NCBI GenBank assembly: GCA_028534125.1
Contig: CM052817.1
Coordinates: forward strand, 101,992,001 to 102,056,000
Source: Lama glama
Lineage: Eukaryota
Length of the DNA: 64,000 nucleotides
Direction: 5' to 3'
A program made the position numbers and the translations under genes. Positions 12,382 through 25,349 of the stretch are shown in pieces. The notes under the pieces were generated by a model. It ran no database searches and had not been told where the DNA came from. It worked only from the letters and a program-made list of their open reading frames with translations. Positions within the stretch are counted from its first letter, which is position 1. The number at the start of each line of letters is the position of its first letter.

Positions 12382-12867
12382 TGCAGAATTCAGTGATTCA
12401 ATGGAAGTCATTTAAGGGAGAGACCAGCCTCACGGACTTCACCACACAATTTGGGAGGGGAGAGCATTGCAAACAAGCAACAATGACACACCTTTTCGGT
12501 CATTCTCACCTTCCTCTGCGACAGGCAAAACCAACTCCGTTTCGATTAGCCACTATTTCAGGACAGGCTGATCTGACCACAAGCCACAACTTCCACCTTT
12601 AATAAAAAATCTCCTTCTGCCTGTAAAACCCTCTCCAGACTACAGTGAGAACTACTGGCGGGAGAATCCATCCTACACACACGCCCCTTTCAGCACCCCT
12701 CATTTGTGTGAGAACCCACCAATCGGTTCCTACCCCCAGGCGTAAATAACCAAGCCTGTGGGCAGAGTGCGGGCTCCAGTCTGGCTGGAGACCCCTTTGC
12801 AGGTTTCTCCCAATAAACCTGACTCTGCCGTTGAGCTGTCTCTGATCCTTTCTCTCCGATTCTAACA
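12382..12867 (+). mobile_element. Solo LTR (486 bp), family not named
   Basis: TG...CA ends, perfect 5-bp TSD ctctg, CCAAT at 12719, TATA-like taaataa at 12743, AATAAA at 12812. Confidence 0.8.
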
Positions 12868-12911
12868 CTCTGTCCTGAGCTGTGTGAGCTCAAGTACTCA
12901 TTTGTAGCCAC

Positions 12912-13270
12912 TGTATTTAAATTAAGGAAATGCTAGGTATTGAAACAAACCAACCCAAGTTACATAACAGCTTAAAAAGCTCAAAATGGGAATTCATGAT
13001 TACCAAGTAGTGATTCAGAAACACAAGCTTCTTTCATTTTGTGGTTCTTTCCCCTTCAACACAGGGTTTCCAGGGATGCTTTGTTTGTCTGACTCAAGCC
13101 AGAGGAAGCAGGGACATTTGCAGGAGGTTTCTAAGAGCTTAGCCTGGAATGGCACACATTCCTTCTAGAAGTCAGGTCCATGGCCACATCTACCTGGCTA
13201 GAAAATATATCATCCAGGTTTTTACACAGGATGAAGAAGAAGAAGGTTTGGTCACTAGTTAGCCATAACA
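12912..13270 (-). mobile_element. Old MaLR LTR (MLT1-like)
   Basis: agcctggaatggcacacattcc...ccatggccacatctacc...aaggtttggtcactagttagcc resembles antisense MLT1J/K/L. Confidence 0.55.
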
Positions 13271-13819
13271 GTCATGAACATCTGATTCAAGAAACAAAAA
13301 GGAGCTGCGAGAACCGGGTACTAGCTGAAATGTGTTATTTGATGACCACTTCTTCACTTTTTAAGAAACGTGCACTCTGAATCAGATTAATGGAAGAATG
13401 TCCTTTTCCAATGCCAGACGCTGGTTTGTGCTGTGTTCAGAGATGGTTGAGCAGTTTTAGATATGTCCAGCTTGTACATGTGTATATGTGAGTAGCAAGA
13501 GAGACACCAGAGTGAATCTTCATTACATTCTCATGCGGTGTGTAATACACAAAGATTGTGTATCTGTGTGTGTGTTTGTGTGGGTGGGATGAGTGGGTGC
13601 ATATGTAACCCCATAAATAGTATACATATACACAAACCTTTGCTGTTACGCCAATAGTAGAATATGCATGTTTCTCAAATGACGTAGATTTGTATGTTAA
13701 CGTTACCAGTGGAGTGGAAGATATAAGTAACATATTTTCAACACCTGTTCATTCACCCACACAAAGATAATTTTAACATTTTTAGTTGAATGGAAGCACC
13801 TTGTCTGGGAGATGACTGG

Positions 13820-14282
13820 TGTTATGAATTGAATTGTGTCCCCAAGAAAGATGTGTTGAAGTCTTAACCCTTGCATCTGAGTGTGATCTTGTTTGGAAGC
13901 AGGGTCTTGCGGATGTAATCAGGTTAAAATGAGATCATACTGGATTAGGGTGAGCCCTAACCCACTGACTTTTGTCCTTATAAACAACTGTTTGGACCCA
14001 GAGTGACACAGACGCACAAGGAGGCCACCATGAGAATAGGGAAGCAGAGACTGGAGAGATGCAGTTACAAACCAAGGAACACCAAGGGTTGCCAGCAGCC
14101 ACCAGGAGCGAGGACAGAGGCATGGGATGGATTCTCTCTCAGAACCTCCAGAAAAAACCCACCCTGCCAACACCTGAATTTCAGACTTCTAGCCTCCAGA
14201 GTTGTGAGAAAATAAACTTCTGTTTGTTTTAAGCCACCCAGCGTGTGGTAATTTATAACAGCAGCCCTAGAGAACTAACACA
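13820..14282 (+). mobile_element. MaLR LTR, MLT1C-like
   Basis: Starts tgttatgaattgaattgtgtcccc, ends aataaacttctg...aagccaccca...gcagccctagagaactaacaca; ~460 bp. Confidence 0.9.
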
Positions 14283-14642
14283 TGGGTTATACATTTATTT
14301 ACAGTATTGACGCTTACCTCTTATAAACTTTCAACTTACACATTTTCATGCTTATAAGGAAAGGTATGAGCCAGAACATAAGAACCAGGACTCTGTCCAT
14401 TGCCTAAAAATGAGAATAACAGTTGCTTTTATGAAATCGCTTTGGTCTTAGAAACAACTGAATTTGAGAAAACTTTCCAGAAACCAGTCAGTTTGTAAGT
14501 AAAGGAGGTTCTTCTGCGTCATACATGTTTATCTCATGAGCAGCGCATCTAATTGCATTTCATACAAGAAAGGAACAAAAAAATCAATCTAGTTTCAATT
14601 CATGGACTCAGTGGGAGTTTTGCTTGTCCCACTAATGAACAT

Positions 14643-14645
<3 letters not shown>

Positions 14646-14675
<30 letters not shown>
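14646..14675 (+). repeat. (AC)n microsatellite
   Basis: About 15 perfect AC units. Confidence 0.95.
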
Positions 14676-14678
<3 letters not shown>

Positions 14679-17189
14679 CAATGCCTGTACACCTCTTCTC
14701 AAAAAGCTACTCCAGACTCAATGCCTCCAAGCTTCCTTTTAGGTAAACTGGGTGCTGACCTGACAGAGCTATTGCTAAGTGTCTTAGGTTGTCCCAGCCC
14801 CATGAGACCAATGATCTTGACCATGATGTCACCAGTGACAGCCATGGTGAGGAGCTGCCCTCCCCTACCAATGCCCCAGCCCTTGTCCATTGCAATGAGT
14901 CTGGCACACCGTGCTTGAGAGTAGGTACTCGGCACTCATGCTGGTTTTATAAACAATTGTGCCTTTCCTTCCTTCTTCTTAGAGCACATTTCGCACCTCC
15001 GGAATATAGTTACACTTTTAGGAGCTTCCTACTTTTATTGAGAAGTAGGTACAGGCAGCTCAAACTTGCAGTAGCACTTCAGATTTTGTATCTGGTTATA
15101 ATTACATTCATGGGAAAAACGCACACATAAATATTCTTCACTCTTAGTTTCATGGAAGAAAGTCTATTTAGATACCATTCACCAAATGCAAACCTCATGG
15201 TCTACCTGAGAGTTGGAACGAATTGAGATTGCATCATTTCTCAAGAAGAGGAGTGGGTAGGTTAGGAACAGGCACGACTCTTCATATTGAGCCATAAAGC
15301 ATTAAGATAGCGTTAATTGCAAAGTTTCCTCTATTCCATTCTTTTTAAGCAGGGCAACACATGAAAACAATTTCCTGTACTTTGTCTTTTGATTTAAAGC
15401 TTGCTATAGACATGTGTTACATTTTAATGGAGGCGTGGTTAGAGGAGAAATTGTACTCAAACTATACAGTCACAAGAGTGTGGCGGATAAGTTTCTCACA
15501 GAGATGGAAAGAATTATATTATTGACCAAATAAATTAGATTTGGGAGACTTGACAGGAGTCTATGATCTACTTCCATGTTGTTTATAACGCTGGGACCCT
15601 GTGTTTCTTAAAGTGGTCCCCTAGAATTCTTTATCCTGCTGGTTTGTTTTTTGGTTTAATTAAGTGCCTTTTACAAGGGGGTGCTTGGAATTGGGTCATG
15701 TACCATGTTTGTGGCAGAAGAAGAGACGCTGCCAATAAACAACAACAACAACAAGCTAATGGAGTTTGAAGTTTATAAATGGAAGGTCTCGTTGAACTAA
15801 AAATGGAAAATCCAAGTAATGAATCTTCCCAAGAAAAAAGTGACCATCTTTGAACGTGTGGGTTTCTCAGGGTTCCGAAGACACTCTCTTCATTTTACTT
15901 GCTTGAAAAGTTTAAACCTCAAAAAAGCAAGACAATAAAATAAAACTTTGGCTCAAGATATAAAACACTCTTCTAAAGGTGGAACAAATTTTCTTCTGGA
16001 ATATTGACTTTTCCTTTGGACCTCGGAATATCTAAGAAAATGTCCCAGAGTTTGGGAATGTTCTTTTATTTCAAAACAAGATCTCGTTTCTAAAACCCTC
16101 TTAACTGGCCTCTGTCGTTTTTCTAATAAAAAACACCACCAAAAAAATGGTCTATGAATTATGCCAGAGTAAGACCCCAGAAGAGTTTACCTCAGAATAG
16201 TTTTCCATGAGCATTTACGGAAAGGCCAGGGTCAAAATATTCACAGGTTTGACTGTAATTATTTTCATGGTGTCAGGGAGTGTATCATCAGTTTTTCATG
16301 TCCTAGGCCTTGGTGAAGCAGCGTGAGTTGCAATTAATTTAGAAAGCTAGACTTTCCGATCTCTAGGTGAATTGCTATAGCTTTGTTATCTTGTGCTCAT
16401 TGTAACTCTTAGCTATTTGTTTTTATCAGAAGGCTAAACTAGGAAGCAAATAAAATGGTGGGCTAAACAATGAAAAAAAGATGGAAAACCCAGAATCCCC
16501 AGATAAGAATTTCAAAAATATCTTCTCTTTGCAATCCAAAGCACATAGCTCAGTCAGTTGATGGAGATGTGAACAGAGGCACTGTTTCCCCAAGGCACCC
16601 AGTGTTCTCATCTTTTGTGAGTGTTGGCTGGGGTGCTCAAATCGAGCTGACTATCCCTGGTTATATGGGCACAAAAAACTTTGCCTTTTCTCCAGCACAT
16701 GGAAGTCACAGAAAAAGGACACACTGTAGCTGGCAGATGTATTTTTTAAAGTTCAAAATTAAAGAATACAAATTGAAATGATAGGACATCAATTTTCATA
16801 TATCCAATTAGCAAGGTTTGTTTTTTATAATAACACAGAACACTAATAGTCTTATACATGGATGTCTGAAAGATTGTTTTTTTTTTGAGATTACTTTAAT
16901 CAAATCCCTACTATTTCAAATTACTTTAAAAAATACTATCAGTTCATTAGATGAGTACCTACACGTAATACAAAACCCATGTAAATATAATTGTGTTAGC
17001 ATTTCTTTCACCAGTTCATTTGGTCACATCAGCCTGGCACATGGGAAGTGGGTACAACTGCTTTTGTGTCTGAGTTTTTCCACCTGTGTGCTTTATGTTT
17101 TAGGCATTCATTCCTTCATTAAATTTTATTTCATTTTCCAAATCCCTGTTGTTGTCAATTATACCATTACTCTTGTATTTTATGTTAAC

Positions 17190-18200
17190 TTATTTTGATT
17201 GAGATATAATTGATTTATAACATTGTATTAGTTTTAGGTGTACAGCATAATGAGTTGACATTTGTATGTATTGTGAAATGATTCACACAATAAGTTTACT
17301 TAACAACCATTAACACACAGTTACAATTTTTTTTCTTGCAATGAGAACTTTTAAGATCTACTCTCTTAACAACTTTTAAATACACAATACAGTATTAACT
17401 ATAGTCACCACGCTGCACCACATCCTCAGGATTTATTATCTTATAATTGAACATTTGTACATTTTGACCACATTTACCCATTTTATCTACTCCGTACCCT
17501 ACATTTCTGGCAACCACCAATCACTTATCCATATGTACTAGTTTGGTTTTCTTAAGACTCCACTTATAAATGGTATCATCTGGTATTTGTTTTTCTCTGA
17601 CTGACTTATTTCATTAGCATAGTGCCCTCAGGGTCCATCCATGCTTTCGCAAATGGCAAGATTTCCTTCTTTATTATGGCTGAATTATGTTGTGTATCTA
17701 TACCATTTTCTTTACCCATCCATCCCTTGGTGGAAACTAAAGTTATTTCCATGTTTTGGCTATTTTAGGAGATGTTTTTGTTTGTTTGTTTGTTTTTTGG
17801 GGGGGGTGATTAATAGATTTATTTATTTATTTATTTTAACAGAAGTTCTGGGGATTGAACCCAGGACTTCATGCATGCTAAGCACGCACTCTACCACTGA
17901 GCTCTACCCTCCCCCTTGACTATTGTAAATAATGCTGCAGTGAACATGGGGGTGCAGGTATCTTTCTGAGAGAGTTTCCTTCAGGTAAGTACCCAGAAGT
18001 GGAGTTGCTGGTTCATATGGCAGTTCTATTTTTAATTTTTTGAGAAACCTCCATTCTGTTTTCCGTCGCGGCTGCACCCATTCACAATACCTACCAAAAG
18101 TGCACAAAGGTTCCCTTTACGTCACATCCTTTCCAACGCTTGTTATCTCTTGTCTCTTTAAAGGTAGCCACTCGTACAAGTGAGAGGTGATATCTCATGT
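17190..18200 (-). mobile_element. L1 3' UTR and ORF2 end (L1MA9-like), interrupted by a SINE
   Basis: Antisense L1 3' end; ORF remnant [23 protein letters not shown]. Confidence 0.9.
17765..17915 (-). mobile_element. tRNA-derived SINE (Vic-1-like) nested in L1
   Basis: ggggattgaacccaggac...ctctaccactgagct; TSD ttggctatt / ttgactatt. Confidence 0.9.
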
Positions 18201-18280
18201 GACTGCAAGATTCTACTAAACAAATTTATAATACCTATACAAGAGCTTTAAAATGCTCACATACTTTAACCTAGGAGTTC

Positions 18281-18881
18281 TGTTGTTGAACCCTGGTTCT
18301 TGGGCCTGACGCACAGTGAGGCCAAACTGAAATGTCTGAGTTCGGAGCAGAGAAAGGTTTATTACAGGGCTAAACAAGGAGAATGGAGCGGAATGAGGGG
18401 CTGGTTTATGCTCAAAAGACCGGAATTTCCTGATGGGTTTCAGGGAAGAGTTTTTAGGGAGTGCGACTTTCTTTTGATTGGTTGGCAGTGGGATAATGGG
18501 AGGAGCTCCGGGAATCCCAATCACCATCTTCTGGTTCCAACCATTCTGGGGTCCATATGCTTGTACTCAGCCTGAGGTTCTCATCCTCTGCCTGGGTGGG
18601 GACCCCAGCTCCTATAGAAGAACTCATACGTATCTGTTGGATTACTATGCACATTCCCTGGGGAGGAACCAGGACCCTGCCCCATTGCTGCTGTGTTCTT
18701 GGTCGACCGCCTTTCCTTTTTCCTGCATCCTCTCACTTCCCTACCAGTAACCGCTTAAATCCGCCCTTTGGAACTCAGGAAAAGTCTAAGAAGTGGAAGC
18801 CTTTTTCCTACAAACAAGAAGTGGGAGACACAGAAAAGCTTTTATACCCAGGAGGGTCCCACAGGGTCCTGCTTGGTTTCA
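18281..18881 (-). mobile_element. Solo ERV1-like LTR (601 bp)
   Basis: TG...CA ends, 4-bp TSD gttc/attc, minus-strand AATAAA at 18358-18363, minus-strand CCAAT near 18477. Confidence 0.85.
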
Positions 18882-19278
18882 ATTCTATTTTTAGAAAGTA
18901 ATGAAAGAGGCTTTCGAAGACATATGAACAAAGGTGTTTATTATGGTTATTTGTAATATTAGAAAAATTAGAAATAAAAGCCTGAAATATCCAATAAGAG
19001 GCAAAAGAATAAGTAAATAGTTACATGTGTGTAACAGAATATTCAGCAGTCATTAAACAAATGAAGATCAAATCAGAACCCAAGCTAAATCTGGCCCAGA
19101 AGATGCCAGGTCCAGTCATCCTGGAACAGGGGAAGAAAGCTGGATCTGTATGTAAAACTTAGAAGGACTGAAACCTTGGAGCCCAGCTGAGGGTGACCCC
19201 AGCCGCCTGTGTAGCGATCTAAGCCATCGAGGGCATGACAGTGGCAGTGGTTTGTCATGGGTCCATTGTGAGACATCG

Positions 19279-19933
19279 TGAGGAAGGAAGGGGCAGGGCA
19301 CAGCCATTCAAGGAACAAGACAGCAATTAACACCAAAATGGTGGAAGATTCAACTTCCAGTAGACCTTGAGGCTCAAGACTATAGGAGATTTGACTTCTA
19401 GAAGACTTTGAGCTTCATTATACACTGACTGTAATATATTAGTGTGATAAATAACATTCCCATAGATGCCATGGCAGCTTCGGGGCTGCCCATAAAAGGT
19501 CAAAGAGTGGGCAGTGGCCGAGTTCCTGGGAATCCCAGTCCCTTCCCCAAGGTAGTTGGAACGATCCTCCGACTTGTTGGCAGGTGAAACTACCGAGTCC
19601 ATAAAAACTGGCAACACCACACTTCATGTCCACCTCTCTTGCTCCCTCATCTTTGGAGATGGCCCACACTCTGTCTATGGAATGTGTATCTACTTTTACT
19701 TGAACCCCCAACCCCTACACCTCGTGGCCTTTCTCTCACCTTCTAAAGCAGCCTACAACTCTATGTAGTATGTATTTCTCTAAATAAATCTATCTTTACT
19801 CAACTGTGATTCACTTGTGAATTCTTTCCTGCACGAAGCCAAGGACCCACACCTGGCGGGGCATGTCCCAGGGGCTCAGCCAAGACCTGGGACACAGCTC
19901 TCCTCTCACCCTACACTTATTTTCCCTGTATCA
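19279..19933 (+). mobile_element. Solo ERV1-like LTR (655 bp, MER41-like)
   Basis: TG...CA ends, TSD atcg/attg (CpG decay), AATAAA at 19783, U5 gaattctttcctgcacgaagccaaggaccc, direct repeats in U3. Confidence 0.85.
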
Positions 19934-20169
19934 ATTGGACTGGGGAAAGAGGGGACCCTGGGTGTCAGTGACTGAACCCACTTAGTTGTGAATGGATCAG
20001 ACTTCAGGGAAGGACTAAGCTCCTTGGATTGAGGGAATGCCAATGTTCTTGGTTTGTTCATGAGAAAGATGTTTGCTTTTTTTCCCTTATCTTAGGATAA
20101 TTTAAAAACTAAAACAAACACAATTGTGTTTACACCTGGAGTTGGCAAAGTAAATCAGATGCATAGTTA

Positions 20170-20360
20170 GGCAGATGGTTCTGGAATAACGTGAAAGAAA
20201 TACACCAAAATGTTTATTTTACTTCTCTCCAGGTAGTGAGATTTTGCACTTTTTTTTCCACTTCTTTTCAGTAATTCTTTGGGTTTAAATATGTAATTAG
20301 CATTTATCATTTTTATAGTATAAAAAAGATAAAAATAATTATAAAAAAGAACAAAAAAGA
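20170..20360 (+). mobile_element. Ancient L1ME-like 3' end fragment
   Basis: aagaaatacaccaaaatgttta...ggtagtgagatttt followed by an A-rich tail. Confidence 0.45.
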
Positions 20361-22000
20361 ACACTGTCCTCCCAGAATATGTTGTCTTCTCTTACTCCCT
20401 GCACCTGTCTTACCAAATAAGGGGCTGATGGATACCTGGATTCTGACAGCAGCTAACCCAGTTCAAGCTCCTCCAGTTCAGCAGATGTGTCTGGTCTGGG
20501 AAAATTCAGAGCTCCCCTTAACTCACACCACAAAGACAGATATCTAACAGCTTTACCCTCTAACTTCTCCCTCTTCAATAGTCCTAGTTCTGCATTTTAG
20601 GGAAGAGAAAAAAAAGAACTGATAAGCTCTCTGGTGGGCTGTGGGGTTGCTTTGGTTTCATCACAAGAATTTAAAACCAGGATATATTGTTTAATTGCTT
20701 TCATATTTTAAACCATATTTACACATGAACACTGTCTTCTCCACATCCATAAGGAATCAACATGGGACAATGGGGAAAATAGATGTGTTTTACCTGGAAA
20801 GATTCAGTTTTGTGCTGAGGGTGGAATTTTGAAATCCTGCTATGCTGGGTCTGCTGGTTGATTCTCAGCACCATCCCTAGCACCCATCACGGTACTCTAC
20901 AGAATGGGAGTTTGTAGCCACCTCTGAATTCAGTGGGGCTTTGAATGGACAAAAATATTTGCAATGAGCTTTGAGAATAATCTTCACAATATTTTATCAG
21001 GATGAAATTGCTATTTCTTGGAGGCTAACAATATTTTGGTGGAGGCAAAAAGAGACTTGATGTATAAAAGATTCATCTTCAAAATGTTTCTTTTAAAGGG
21101 ACAATGTATTTTTGTAATCACTTGAACAATGAACACTGTAAAGTCTTGATGGGGACAGAATTGCCAGAACAGAAGCATTTCTTTTTACCAGCAAAGGAAA
21201 CTGGGCAGATAGAAACATGAAATTTAGTATGAAAATTCTAGAACTCAGCCTCATTAAAAAAAAAAAATTTAAAGGCCATATCACAGATTTTCTTCCCTGG
21301 AGATAAAGATCATGATAATTTCTAACAAAAAGAATGTCTTTTGAATCTGTAGAAGTTCTTCTATGTTCCAGGTTTCATAGAATATGAAAGCCAACCTTAT
21401 TTTGCTAAAACTGATTGTTTAAGGTTTAGGTTCAAATTCGAGATATTGTAAGTTACTTTTTAAAGAGCTATTAAAAATTCAAACTAGAAATACAGGTGCT
21501 TAGGGGATTTTGTTGCACTTCTTCAATTCATGTAACTATAAAATCATGACATTTTAAAATTAGATTACCATTTAATGGTGGTTGACCCATTTGCAATGAG
21601 GACAGATAATTCCGTGGATAATGTAAGTCAACTTACTCCCAAACACCACCTTTTAACACCACACACATACTCACAGGCAAATAGTGTATCATTTTACATT
21701 CCTTATGTAATTTTTAAATGTTTTAACCTTCCATTTTCCATGCACAGTTCACCTTACCAGAGAACAAAGATGTAAAATGAAAATAGATTTATTAGTAGTA
21801 TGGAAGCTGTAACTTGTCTTAATATGCTCTTTCACAAGAGGAAAATACCAACCTTCTAGAAAGAAGTTTGAGGGGAAAGAATCCTTCAGTGTGGTGCATG
21901 TTGGGGAAGCCAGTCTCAAGGGGACCGGGACCCTGCTCTGTGGTGTCAGCACGTTCTCATCGCTGGCTGGCTTGGCTTTGACAATGGTGCGCCTGGAAAC

Positions 22001-22485
22001 TGTCACTGGAAGGAAAGGCACAATATCAAACTTGTGAGTTAAGTTTTACTAAGGATCTTATGGAGGACTATAGCCCACGAGACAGCCTCCCAGGAGCTCT
22101 GAGAAACTGCTCAGAAGAGATGAGCAAGGAATGATGGTTTATATATAGTTTTTTGGATTTTTTTGGCCAGGGAATGCACACAGTCAAGCATACATCTTAA
22201 TAAAAGATTATGGCTAGTCACAAAAGAACAAATGTCTCATGGTAATGAATATAGTGCTTCTCTATGTATGGGAAGATGTAAGAAGATGGGTGTATTAAAA
22301 TTCTTCCTGAGATATGACTAACTATCTAAGGGGTCTGTTTGACCAAAGCACACAGCATTCTATTATCATCTTTGTTGCTTCTGTCTGAAGCTCTGAGTGC
22401 ACTGTTGGTCAGCAACAGCATAACGGTTATCTTTGTAGACTCAGGTGGTGAGCAAAATGCTCTTTCTTCTTCTTTTGTTTGCACA
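22001..22485 (-). mobile_element. Solo LTR (ERV1-like)
   Basis: TG...CA ends; reverse complement aligns by eye with 22661-23104; minus-strand TATA near 22140; no clean TSD. Confidence 0.8.
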
Positions 22486-22660
22486 GATATGCCTAATAAT
22501 TTGTCCAATTAAAGTGATTAGTTTTGTTGTTCAATAATGCTTCTCCCTCAATGTCAAAATGAAGACATCTTTAATGTAGAAAACTTGAGAAACACAGAAA
22601 AGGATGAATTAAAAAAAAAAAACAAAACAGTTACCTGGGGGTGACCTAAGGTTATACAGC

Positions 22661-23104
22661 TGTGCACAAAGAATGTCATCTACCACATCAGTAAACAAAG
22701 GATGTGTGGTCATCAAGCCATTGGCCACAGCAGCCACCCACAATACGCACCCTGAGGGGACTCAGGATGGAGAAAAGCTGACCCTAGATAGTTAAGGTGC
22801 ACAGCAAAGAAATGATTTCAATGAATGCGGACTCTTGCATCTTCTCATACATAGAAAAGTGCTAAATTCATTACTTGGGAAGTCTGGTTTTCCTTTAACT
22901 AACAGTCATCTTTTGATGTTCTGACTATCTGTTTCTTTTTTGGGGAAAAACTCCTATATATCCTGGCTCCTTCCTTACCTCTTCGGAGCAACCCTTCAGA
23001 GCTCTCTGGGAGGCTGTCTCCCAGGCTTAAGGCCTCAGCAAGTTTGCTGAATAAAACATAATTTTCAACTTTTAAGTTGTGCTTTTTTTTTTTTTCAACC
23101 CACA
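22661..23104 (+). mobile_element. Solo LTR (ERV1-like), related to 22001-22485
   Basis: Starts tgtgcac and ends cccaca; TATATA at 22955; AATAAA at 23050. Confidence 0.8.
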
Positions 23105-23167
23105 TAGACTTTTACACATTTTTATCTGGCATGCACACATACCATACCTACTTCTAACAAATTTATA

Positions 23168-23489
23168 CAGTCATCCCTTTGTATTCTCAGGGGATTGGCT
23201 CCAACTCCTTTATATAAAATGGCATAGTATTTACATATAACCTACGTGTATCTTCCTGTATGACTAATAATGTATACATTATAAGTAGATTACTTATAAT
23301 GCCTAATACATTGTAAATATTATGTAAATAGTTGTAAATACAATGTAAATGCTCTGTATAAAGCTGCTGGTAAGTTGCAAATTCAAGTTTTGCTCTTAGG
23401 AATTTTCTGGATTTTTTTTTTCAGATATTTTTGATCCATGGTTGGTTAAATCTGCAGATGTGGAACCCATGGATAGGGAGGTCTGACCA
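23168..23489 (+). mobile_element. MER2-like TcMar-Tigger non-autonomous DNA transposon
   Basis: TA then cagtcatccctttgtattc...; internal tatataaaatggcatagtatttacatataacctac; right end gatgtggaacccatggatagggaggtctgac. Confidence 0.85.
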
Positions 23490-23597
23490 TTTTTTTCATA
23501 CCAATAAATAGCCTTCTACAACATGAATTTTTAATATCAGTACTTGTGTTCCATTGCAAGTACTCATTGTAATTATTTCCTGACTCTCCGGTCCTAC

Positions 23598-24396
23598 TGT
23601 AGTATAATAAATGTATTTTGGTCTTCTTCCCCAGTTCCCGATGGAGAGTTTCTAAGACCCCTGGTATCTCTGGAGGGATAAGAATCTTTTGTATGTTAAT
23701 GAGATGGCTGGTGCCTGGGGCCTCCTAGATATTGGCAAGATGGGGGCTGATTGCCAGAAAGAACAAGGCAGAATTAGAAGGGTGGAACTTTCATCCTCAA
23801 CCCCTCAACCTCCAGAGAGAGGAGAGAGACTGGAGACTGAGCTAATTACCAGCCGTCAATGATTTAATCAACTGCTCTTACATGATGGAACCTCCATAAA
23901 ACCCCTGGACTCTGGGGTTCAGAGAGGCCTTGAGTTGGTGAACACATGGATGCCCTGGGAGGGCGGTGTGCCTGGAGAGGGCATGGAAGCTCCACGCACC
24001 CCTTCTTCCTCTGCACTACCCCACCCCACTGCCTGATACCCTGCCCTGTACATCTCTTCCATCAGGCTCTTCCTAGTTATATCCTTTAAAACAAACTGGT
24101 AATTGTAAGTAAAATGTCTTCCTGAGTCCTGTGAGCCATTTTAGAAAATTAGCAAGTCTGAGGAGGGGTTTGTGGGAAACCCTAATTTATATGTTTAAAG
24201 TAAGAGTGATTTGGATTCATGACTGGTGTCTGAAGTGGGTGCAATTTTGTGGCACTGAGCCCTCAGCTTGTGTAGTTAGTGTCAGGATTGGATTGAATTG
24301 AATTGTAGGAGACCCAGATTGTGTCAGAGAATTGGTCACTGTAGGAAAAATAATCTCATGCATTTGGTGTCACAAATTGTGTTGGGAGTAAAAACA
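23598..24396 (+). mobile_element. MER21-like LTR
   Basis: aattagaagggtggaactttca..., aatgatttaatcaa...acctccataaaacccct, ...catttggtgtca resemble MER21. Confidence 0.85.
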
Positions 24397-24402
24397 TACT
24401 AG

Positions 24403-24947
24403 TGTTAGGTAGTTAGATAAGTGGGGGCATCGGGCAGATAAGGTGGAGAGAGGGAGGGTGGTCCAAAAGATGGTGGTTTGCCCACCTCCAGCATAAAAGG
24501 GCTTTACTTCTTCTAAACGAGTGCCAGCAAGAAACCAATTAGAACCTGACTGCTCCAACTGTGCGGTAGCAACAAGGACCTAACTGGACATGACCCAGTG
24601 CTCATGGTAACAAAATTAGCATTGTGGTTTAGGTCCACCCATGGGTTTTTCTGCGTACTTCATGGCTAAGGGCATTGGCAAAAGAGGACGGGCATGACTA
24701 AGCACTCCAGGCACAAGAGCTGTCAGTCAATCAAGAGACCACCTTTAAGTGAGGGTGTAAGAGGAAGGGGCAAAGACCACTGCTCTCTGCCCTTGGATCA
24801 GCCAGCATCTACTTGGAGGTGTGCTTTCCCTTTGCTAATAAACCTTTAAAATCTTCTGCTATACAAAGCTTCTGTCTCCTGTTTGAATTCTTCTCTTTTG
24901 GGTAAAACAAGAACTGGGGTCATTTCCTCTCCCCTTTTAGGGTAACA
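24403..24947 (+). mobile_element. Solo LTR (545 bp), same family as 47394-47926
   Basis: tgttag...taaca ends, AATAAA at 24837, colinear with the reverse complement of 47394-47926. Confidence 0.85.
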
Positions 24948-25349
24948 GAATGACCTCCCATGGTTGGATTTAGTTTGTTTATAATTTTTTTTATAATTAT
25001 AAATAGCACTAACATTGAAAGCATTTAAAAATACTCTCAGGCTAGAGAGTGAAGTAGCAGACAAAGTGCTTAAGTGCCAAATTGTTAAAGGGTTATTGAT
25101 TCCCCACAGAGCAGGCATGGAAGTTATACTGACGAGATACATTAACTAATAAGCCCAAAAGGCAGAAATGTTTTATGTTTACATTTTATAAATACATCAG
25201 AGACCATGACAGCGGTTACAGTGATTGTAAATTACAAATGCAGTCGCTTTTCAATCATAACAACAAAACCTTTAAATAAAATGTAGTGGAAGAGTCCTGT
25301 GTTCAATGTTGGCTGATCTGGAATCTCATGTTCTTGGTGCCCAATCTGA

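Noticed and set aside
14699..15130. Four overlapping ORFs and a possible exon at 14789-14923
   Set aside because: Weak pyrimidine tract and no recognisable protein; a GC-richer patch gives stop-poor frames by chance
19934..19955. TGG just after the LTR as a possible primer-binding site
   Set aside because: The flank matches the TSD (atcg/attg) and no internal ERV sequence follows, so this is a solo LTR
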